This document shows positions 54,484 to 64,000 of a DNA stretch of 64,000 bases, in pieces. The notes under the pieces are model-generated. The model had not been told where the DNA came from. It ran no database searches and saw only the letters and a program-made list of their open reading frames with translations. The translations under genes were made by a program, and so were the position numbers. The stretch spans positions 15,961 through 79,960 of the forward strand of contig JBQTGV010000026.1 in the NCBI GenBank assembly GCA_052390515.1, in the 5' to 3' direction. The stretch is from Candidatus Eiseniibacteriota bacterium (lineage in GTDB: Bacteria > ARS69). Every line of letters begins with the position of its first letter. Position 1 is the first letter of the stretch.

Positions 54484-55530
54484 CTACGACCCCGAGAGAC
54501 TCGAGTACGGCAGGCACTTGTACGAGTAGACCGTACCCACGGCGCCGCCGCAGCCGGCCGCGCCGCCGGCGACCCCACCCTCGCTCATCGTCACCCACAC
54601 GCCCTCGCCGTTTCCGTTGAGCAAGATGGACCCGAGGAGAGTCTGCCCGCCGACGCACGCGGCCGACGCCAGCAGCACGTCCGGTCCGCCCTGCTGGGAC
54701 AGGCCGATGAACGGCGGCACCACGGCGAAGATGGGGTCGAATCCGGTGTCGGCGCCGAACACGTGGATGTCTCCTTGCATCGCGTTGAAACCGCCGGACA
54801 GCGACCACAGGTACAGGAAGTACGGACCCTGCTGAGCCGCTCCTTGCTGCGCGTACGCAGTCGTCGAGCTCGAGCTGATGGCGAAGGTGTGAGACTCGAT
54901 CGGATTCGCGATGCAGCCGTTCGCCGGGTCCCTGACGCACGGCACGCTGCCGTCGCTGGACCAACCGAGGACCGAGATCGGATAGACCTCAGCCGTCTCG
55001 CACGCGGTCGCGCCCGCCGTCTCCGACCCCGCCACGAGACACACCCGGCCGCCACCGCCGTCGCCGAGGAGGTGCAGCGTTCCCAGGCGGATGGCGCTGG
55101 CGGGACATCCGCTCGGGGCGACGTTCAGCTCTCCGTATCGTTCCCAGGTGATGTAGGTCACGTCCGGCGCCGGACTGAAGTAGTGGTCCGGCACGAGCTG
55201 GTCGCCGCTGACCTCCAGATCGATCTCCAGCAGCGAGAGCCCGTAGTTCGAGCACACGAGCCAGAGGTGCAGATCGTACTGCCCGGCGGTCGCGGGACCG
55301 TGGTTCAGGAACGGGTCCGTGTCGCTACCGCTGATGGCGAAGGTGAACCGACCCGGATCGGGCGGCGGCGGTTCGTCGTCCGCGTCGGAGCCGCCGTCCC
55401 GCGGAATGTCCTTGCCGCTCCAGTCCTGCGGCGACGATGGTCCGTTGCCGGCCGTCGGATCGCACGCGGGCAGTGCGAGAAGCAGACCGCCGAGCAGCGC
55501 CGGCCAGGCGCCGGCGGAAGGAGCACGCAT
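54484..55530 (-). CDS. Hypothetical lipoprotein/secreted protein, Gly-rich C-terminus
   Basis: MRAPSAGAWPALLGGLLLALPAC signal (LPAC motif again). Acidic linker, then Cys-containing Gly-rich domain. No family recognised. Confidence 0.4.
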   Translation of the reverse strand: MRAPSAGAWPALLGGLLLALPACDPTAGNGPSSPQDWSGKDIPRDGGSDADDEPPPPDPGRFTFAISGSDTDPFLNHGPATAGQYDLHLWLVCSNYGLSLLEIDLEVSGDQLVPDHYFSPAPDVTYITWERYGELNVAPSGCPASAIRLGTLHLLGDGGGGRVCLVAGSETAGATACETAEVYPISVLGWSSDGSVPCVRDPANGCIANPIESHTFAISSSSTTAYAQQGAAQQGPYFLYLWSLSGGFNAMQGDIHVFGADTGFDPIFAVVPPFIGLSQQGGPDVLLASAACVGGQTLLGSILLNGNGEGVWVTMSEGGVAGGAAGCGGAVGTVYSYKCLPYSSLSGS

Positions 55531-55764
55531 CTCGTTCTCGCGGGGGAGGTGTGTTCCGGCGCCGTCCCTCCGCATGGACCGTGCCCGTTCACGAAACTCA
55601 GGTTCGCCTCGATGTCGCCCAGGATCGGCAATCGCCTCGTTGCACAATGCGAAGCGGCCGCTGGCAGAGTGTGGGGTCCGCCCGTCGGGAAGCTCGTGCT
55701 GGTGAGGTGACGGCGCGGGCAACCGGCGTGTCCACGGATGGACGACCACCCGGCCGCGAGCCGA

Positions 55765-57567
55765 TCAGGGAGGCGGTGGTCCGAAGCGGTACAGCTCGTA
55801 CACGAAGCCGCCCGAGAGAGGGTACGTGGCCAGCCGCGTGGACCCGGGGAAGCGGCGGCGGAGAGCCTCCTCCGCAACCCGTCCCACCAGGGGGTGGCTT
55901 CTCAGCGCGATGAAGTGGGTGGCGCCGCCCTCGGCGTCGTACATCCGCCCGCGAAGCAGCGCGGAGGAATCGAAGCGCAGATGGTTCTCCAGGGCGAAGG
56001 TCCCGCCCGGGCTGATCACCGCGGACGGATCCACGCGGTCGGGCAGGTCGCGGGACATGCGTAGGATGGAGTCGTCCCGCTCGGGCAGCCACACGGCCCA
56101 GAGAGCCACCTGCCAGAAGAGGGCGACGAGTGGGAGCGCCCGCCACCCGGCCGCCGAACGGACCGCGCGGTGGACCGACGCGCCGAGGATCGACGCGACG
56201 ACCGCTCCGGCGGCAAGCGCTGCGAGCGCCGAGATCACCATCGCGGCGAAATAGGCCTCCTGCACGCGAAGCGACGCGAGCGGCTCGAGCGAACGCGCCT
56301 GCACGAGGTCCAGCAGCAGGTCGGTGATCCGAAGGGTCGGAATCGGATCGAGCGGGTCGAGGTCGCCGGCCGCGCCGCGCTCGGAGAGGACGCGTCCCAG
56401 CGTGGGACTCAGCACCGCGAACGCGAGCTGCGCGGTCACGAGGGCCGCGGCGCCCCAGCGAAGTACGCGCCCGAGCCCGGATGGCGCGCCGGTGTTCGGA
56501 GCGGTGCCGTGACTCGTGACGGCCCACGCCGCCACGAACGCGAGCGCGGGGAGCACCGGCAGGAAGTAGCGCGTCGGCTGATACGGGACGAGCGCGAGTT
56601 CGAGGGACGCGCCGAGCAGCCAGGCGCCGGCCACCACCGCCGCGTCTGAGACGTCCGGCCGCCGTGCCGGCCGGAGCAGCGCGGTCCACAGCGTGGGCGC
56701 GGCCATCACGCCGACGATCATCACCACGGGCAGGTGCACGAAAAGCGGGTGCCGGTAGATGACGCCGGCGGCGAGGTTGTGCAGGATCGGCTTCGCCAGA
56801 GCAGTCACCGCCCCGACGTCCGCCGGCGTGTGCGCCAGCCATCGCCCCATGTCGTAGAAGTGGTAGATGCGGCGCGCGTCCTCGGCATGGAGCGCCACGT
56901 ACGCGAGCCACACGGCCAATGGCACGGCCGCGCCGGCGCCGACGCGGAGCAGCGCGCCCGGCACCGATGCATGACGTCGAGCCGCGAGTGCGACCGCTCC
57001 GGCCGCCATGGACGGCAGCAGGAACACGAACGTGGGCTTGACGAGGACGGCAGTTGCCGACAGCACGCCCGCCGCAAGCAGGCGCGTGCCCCCGCCGCGG
57101 ACCACGAGCCACGCGGCCCCGAGAGCGAGCGTCGTGCCGGCGGACTCCGGGAGCGCCATGCGTCCGAGGCCGGCGGCGGCGAACGAGACGCTCCACCACA
57201 GCGCCGCGAGCCGCGATGCGCGGCACCGCCACCCGCCGAGCGAAAGGAGCAGCACGACCCCGATCCCGCCGACCGCCACCACGGCGCCGCGCGCGGCGGC
57301 GAGTCCGACTCCCGTGAACGAGAAGACCGCAGTCAGGAAGGCGCTGAAGGCAGGGCTCACCCAGGAGAGGTCGAAGCCGCTCTCGTGCGCTTCGCCGAAG
57401 AGGACCCGATCCCGGGCGGCGGCCAACCACCAGCCCTCGTCGAACACCGAGGACGCGAGGTCCTGGTAGTGGCAGACGAGGCCCGAGGGAGGATCGCTGA
57501 CCAGGAACGCCAGGCGGAGCGCGAGGAAGAGGCCGAGGGTGGCGGCCGCGAACCACGTGACTCTCAT
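55765..57567 (-). CDS. Polytopic membrane protein, GT-C fold glycosyltransferase (PMT_2/ArnT-like)
   Basis: DEGWW loop motif after the first TM helix. Twelve or more hydrophobic helices. About 600 aa. Start at MRVTWFAAATLGLFLAL. Confidence 0.5.
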   Translation of the reverse strand: MRVTWFAAATLGLFLALRLAFLVSDPPSGLVCHYQDLASSVFDEGWWLAAARDRVLFGEAHESGFDLSWVSPAFSAFLTAVFSFTGVGLAAARGAVVAVGGIGVVLLLSLGGWRCRASRLAALWWSVSFAAAGLGRMALPESAGTTLALGAAWLVVRGGGTRLLAAGVLSATAVLVKPTFVFLLPSMAAGAVALAARRHASVPGALLRVGAGAAVPLAVWLAYVALHAEDARRIYHFYDMGRWLAHTPADVGAVTALAKPILHNLAAGVIYRHPLFVHLPVVMIVGVMAAPTLWTALLRPARRPDVSDAAVVAGAWLLGASLELALVPYQPTRYFLPVLPALAFVAAWAVTSHGTAPNTGAPSGLGRVLRWGAAALVTAQLAFAVLSPTLGRVLSERGAAGDLDPLDPIPTLRITDLLLDLVQARSLEPLASLRVQEAYFAAMVISALAALAAGAVVASILGASVHRAVRSAAGWRALPLVALFWQVALWAVWLPERDDSILRMSRDLPDRVDPSAVISPGGTFALENHLRFDSSALLRGRMYDAEGGATHFIALRSHPLVGRVAEEALRRRFPGSTRLATYPLSGGFVYELYRFGPPPP

Positions 57568-57596
57568 TCCCACGGCGTAAGCGGCCCGGACGCGAC

Positions 57597-57640
57597 CGTC
57601 AAGTCGTTGACTTATTCGAAATGTGATCTGATATTGAACA
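57597..57640. promoter_or_regulatory. AT-richer divergent promoter region with inverted repeat GTCAA-N4-TTGAC and TTGACT-N17-GATATT; downstream gene may be leaderless
   Basis: Read from sequence. The -10-like element ends about 8 nt before the ATG at 57644. Confidence 0.3.
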
Positions 57641-57643
57641 GGT

Positions 57644-58318
57644 ATGAAACGTCGCCCGAGCGCTGCCGGGGGCGCGCCGGCCTCCCCGTCCGCGCGGTCC
57701 ACCGAGAACTACTGGATCCTCGACCGTGGCCAGATCGAGTGCCTCGCGTCGGCACCCCGACAGGACGTCGTGGACCGCCTCGCGGCCGTCGGCCCGCTCT
57801 CCGTGCGCGAGCTCGCCCAGGCGCTGGGCCGGCAGCCCTCGGCGCTGTACCACCACCTCGCGAAGCTGTCGGCCGCGGATCTGGTCGTGGAAGCCGGAAC
57901 CCGCGTCGTGAACCGCCGCACCGAGCGGCTCTGGGCCACGCCGTCGCCGCGCATGCGGCTGCGCCGCGCGCTCTCGGAGCCGCTGCTGCGCAAGCTGACC
58001 CCGCGGGTGGTCGCGGCGCTCGGGCGGCAGCTCGGACGCGACTTCGCGGCGGGGATCGCCCTGCCTTGCGTCGAGACAGGGGGACCGAGCCGAAACCTCG
58101 GTTTCTTCCGACTCGTGGGCCGGCCGAGCCCCCGCGGTCTCGAACGGATCAACGAATGCCTCGGGGAGATCGCCGAAATCCTGTGGAGGGACGTCGCCCC
58201 CGGAGCGCCTCTCCTCGCATTCGGCTGGACGATGGCCCCGTTGCACGGGGCGGGGGAAGGGCGCCCGCGGCGACGGCCGAAGCGACGCCGCCCAGCCGGC
58301 TCGAAAGGAGCGAAATGA
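57644..58318 (+). CDS. ArsR-like winged-helix regulator (paralog of 13349-13945)
   Basis: DVVDRLAAVGPLSVRELAQALGRQPSALYHHLAKLSAADLV (HTH_20-like). Basic C-terminal tail. Confidence 0.5.
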   Translation: MKRRPSAAGGAPASPSARSTENYWILDRGQIECLASAPRQDVVDRLAAVGPLSVRELAQALGRQPSALYHHLAKLSAADLVVEAGTRVVNRRTERLWATPSPRMRLRRALSEPLLRKLTPRVVAALGRQLGRDFAAGIALPCVETGGPSRNLGFFRLVGRPSPRGLERINECLGEIAEILWRDVAPGAPLLAFGWTMAPLHGAGEGRPRRRPKRRRPAGSKGAK

Positions 58319-60006
58319 GAACGCTGCCGATCGTCGTCCTGATCCTCGTGGCCGCGTCCGCGCACGCCGGCCCGGCAGTCCCGGAGGGGGTCCTCGAGTC
58401 GATCCGCTCCGAGGACCTCGCGCGGCACATCGAGGTGCTCGCCTCGGACGAGTTCGAGGGTCGAGAGCCGGGCACGCCCGGACAGGAGAAGACGCTTCGC
58501 TATCTCGGAGCGGCTTTCCGCCGAATCGGCGTCGAGGCCGGAACGCCGACCGGTTACCTGCAGCGGGTGCCGCTCGTCGAGGTACGCGGCGAGGGAGCCC
58601 CGGAGTTCTCGATGGCGGGCGGGACGACCTCGGAGACCTTCGCGTTCGGGGAGGATTTCGTCCCGCTCGCTGGGAAGCCGGCGAAGGAGTTCGATCTGAG
58701 GCATCTGCCGCTCGTCTTCGCCGGGCACGGCATCACGGCGGAGGAGTTCGGCTGGGACGACTACGCCGGCGCCGGCGTCGACGGGGCGGCGGTGATGCTG
58801 CTGCGCGGCGAGCCGGCGGCGGACAGCACTCTCTTCCGCGGGCGGGCACTGACCGTGCACGGCCTCTCCTCGACCAAGTACGAGAACGCCGCGCGCCGAG
58901 GAGCACGCGCGGCCATCGTCGTCCACACGGAGGCGAGCGCTGGATACCCATGGTCGGTCATGACCGGCGGCGGGCTCGGCGGGAGCCAGCACTTTCTCGA
59001 GGACGCGGGAGCGGACGCGCTCGACCTCGCCGTCCACCTGAACGAGCCGGCGGCACGGAGACTGCTCGCCGCGGCCGGCGCCGACTACGACACGCTGGTC
59101 GAGCGTGCGTCGCGCGCGGGCTTCTCCGCGACGCCGCTCGGGTTGACCGTGAGCGCGGCCGCGCGCTTCACGACGCGCGACATCACTTCCTACAACGTCG
59201 TCGCGAGAATCGAGGGTCGCGAGGCCCCGCAAGAGTGCGTGCTCTACACCGCCCACTGGGACCACGTCGGCCGGAACGACGAGCTCGCCGGCGATCCCAT
59301 CTTCAACGGTGCCGTGGACAACGCCACCGGCACGGCCGGTCTTCTCGAGATCGCGGAGGCGTTCGTGGCCCTACCGCAAGGACCGCGCCGCACCGTTCTG
59401 TTCGTCGCCACGACGGCGGAGGAGAAGGGACTGCTCGGGTCCGAGTACCTGGCGCGGAACCCGCTCGTCCCTCTCGCCGCCACGGTCGGGGTCATCAACC
59501 TCGACGCGCTGTTCCCCTTTGGCGCGTTCGGAGCGATGACGGTGACCGCGCTCGGTTCCTCCGAGATCGAGGACGTTCTCGCCGAATCCGCGGCGAAGGT
59601 CGGGCGCGTCCTCCAGGACGACGGGGCGCCGGAGGCCGGCGCGTTCTATCGCTCGGACCACTATCCGTTCGCGAAGCGAGGTGTTCCCGCTCTCTTCGCG
59701 GTCGGCAATCCCCGTCCGGAGGAAGCGCCCGAGGGCAGCGAGATGGCGGCGCGCTTCGCCGCGTACCTCGCCGACGGCTACCACAAGCCGGGCGACGAGT
59801 ACGACGCCGCGACGTGGGACCTCCGGGGCGTCGAGACCGACGTGCGCGTGCTCTTCGAGACGGGATGGTGCCTCGCGGAAGACGTGCGGTTCCCCAACTG
59901 GCGTTACGGACACGAGTTCCGCGCGCTGCGGGATCGGATGAGAGCTTCGCTAGGGCCGTCGGGCCGGACGCACCACGCCGACGCGCAGGCCCGGTTCGCC
60001 TGGTAA
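58315..60006 (+). CDS. Secreted M28 family aminopeptidase with PA domain
   Basis: Signal peptide MRTLPIVVLILVAASAHA. M28 motifs HWDHVG, DNATG, EEKGLLGS. AAAGGAG SD. ATG overlaps the upstream stop. Confidence 0.8.
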   Translation: MRTLPIVVLILVAASAHAGPAVPEGVLESIRSEDLARHIEVLASDEFEGREPGTPGQEKTLRYLGAAFRRIGVEAGTPTGYLQRVPLVEVRGEGAPEFSMAGGTTSETFAFGEDFVPLAGKPAKEFDLRHLPLVFAGHGITAEEFGWDDYAGAGVDGAAVMLLRGEPAADSTLFRGRALTVHGLSSTKYENAARRGARAAIVVHTEASAGYPWSVMTGGGLGGSQHFLEDAGADALDLAVHLNEPAARRLLAAAGADYDTLVERASRAGFSATPLGLTVSAAARFTTRDITSYNVVARIEGREAPQECVLYTAHWDHVGRNDELAGDPIFNGAVDNATGTAGLLEIAEAFVALPQGPRRTVLFVATTAEEKGLLGSEYLARNPLVPLAATVGVINLDALFPFGAFGAMTVTALGSSEIEDVLAESAAKVGRVLQDDGAPEAGAFYRSDHYPFAKRGVPALFAVGNPRPEEAPEGSEMAARFAAYLADGYHKPGDEYDAATWDLRGVETDVRVLFETGWCLAEDVRFPNWRYGHEFRALRDRMRASLGPSGRTHHADAQARFAW

Positions 60007-60962
60007 CGTCCCGACCTCCACGGCCAGGAAACCGAGAATCTCCCGAGTGAGCTCCTCCGTCGTCCCCGGTGAGAGAATGTCGCCGGCGAGCACGTGGCGC
60101 TCCGGGTCCGCGGTCGCCACGGGGACGAGCCGCTTCGGTCCGCCGAGACGCTCGTAGGCCCGCTCGATGGCGCACACGTCGACGACCTTGTCCTCAGGGC
60201 AGTACGCGACCAGCGTCGGCGTCCGGACTTCTTCGAGGGGCAGCGATCTCGTCGCGTGCACCAGCGCCATCATGGGGAGCAGCGCCCGCGTGGGGTAACG
60301 CGTCGTGAAGTAACGTTCCTGAAGCTCGTTCGCAGGTTGCCATTCGCGCATCCGCCCCTCGACGAGCTCCGCGAGGGCGCCGCCCCAGGGCCAGAGCAGG
60401 ATGTCGGCGGCCGGGTCGGCCGGAGCGAAGTTCGGCGAGAGAAGGATCACCGCCAGGAGCTCCTCGCCGGTTCCGCGCGCAGCGAGCCAGAGGGCGAGCG
60501 CCGCGCCGGTGGAGTGCCCCATCAGGACGACGCGATCGCCGAGCCTTCGCCCGATCTCCCACGCCTCGCGGCCGTCCCGCAGCCAGTCGCCGGCGTCCGC
60601 TTCGCCGAGCGGATCCGCGCCGCGCCCGTGCCCGACCAGCCGCGCGAGGTAGAGGTTCGCGCCGAGGCGCGCGGCCACCTCTTCGGAGAGAGGCGCGGTG
60701 TCGCGGTACGTCGCCGAGAAGCCGTGCAGGTACACGACGGCGATCGCCGTCGCCTCCCGCCGCGGCGACGCCCACACGATGCGCTTCTCCGTTCCCGGTA
60801 CGATGTCGGAGAAGCGTGCTTCCGACTCGGCGAGGTGCCGGTCGAGGTCGTCGGGCAAGGTCAATGGCCGCGGCGTGTCGTCGAACCGTGCCCGCGGACC
60901 GAGCGCGAAGGCCGTCGCCAGCGCGGCGGCCAGCAGCGCCGATCGGCGGAGCGAAGCCCGCA

Positions 60963-60963
<1 letters not shown>
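59950..60963 (-). CDS. Secreted alpha/beta-fold hydrolase
   Basis: Signal peptide. HGF oxyanion region (VVYLHGFSA). GHSTGA nucleophile elbow. Start overlaps the stop of the upstream RND gene by 1 nt. Confidence 0.6.

Positions 60964-64000
<3,037 letters not shown>

Overview
This window is a high-GC (about 70%) bacterial chromosomal segment. It is densely coded, with many 4-nt ATGA/GTGA start-stop overlaps and several GTG/TTG starts. I cannot assign a lineage from sequence alone. A housekeeping backbone is recognisable: holA, holB, tsaD, priA, ilvC, rho, rpmE, prfA, prmC, murA, msrBA, hsp20, clpB. Interleaved accessory-looking modules are: (1) a ygeW-like knotted carbamoyltransferase + ygeY-like M20 peptidase + PreA/DPD-like Fe-S flavoprotein cluster at 0.5-5.1 kb; (2) a c-di-GMP signalling operon REC-GGDEF / HisKA-GAF-HD-GYP / REC at 14.1-17.9 kb; (3) two tandem P-loop NTPases at 17.9-21.4 kb, a PF01637-like ATPase followed by a STAND-like NTPase with four near-identical 40-aa C-terminal repeats, which is my best candidate for an undescribed system; (4) a three-gene cassette (secreted collagen-like beta-helix protein, ECF sigma factor, Ser/Thr kinase-TPR) flanked by approximately 60-bp direct repeats that duplicate the eda 5' end; (5) a three-subunit Mo-hydroxylase (xanthine dehydrogenase/CO-dehydrogenase family) operon; (6) a type IV minor-pilin operon (FimT/GspH, PilV, a giant FN3-rich PilW-like protein, PilX) divergent from a GT-C glycosyltransferase; (7) a heat-shock cluster (hsp20, Zn-peptidase, clpB); (8) a partial RND heavy-metal efflux pump at the 3' edge. 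I found no CRISPR array, rRNA, tRNA or transposase. Many long listed ORFs are antisense artefacts of GC-rich DNA. Every family assignment rests on motif recognition by eye and should be confirmed by HMM searches.
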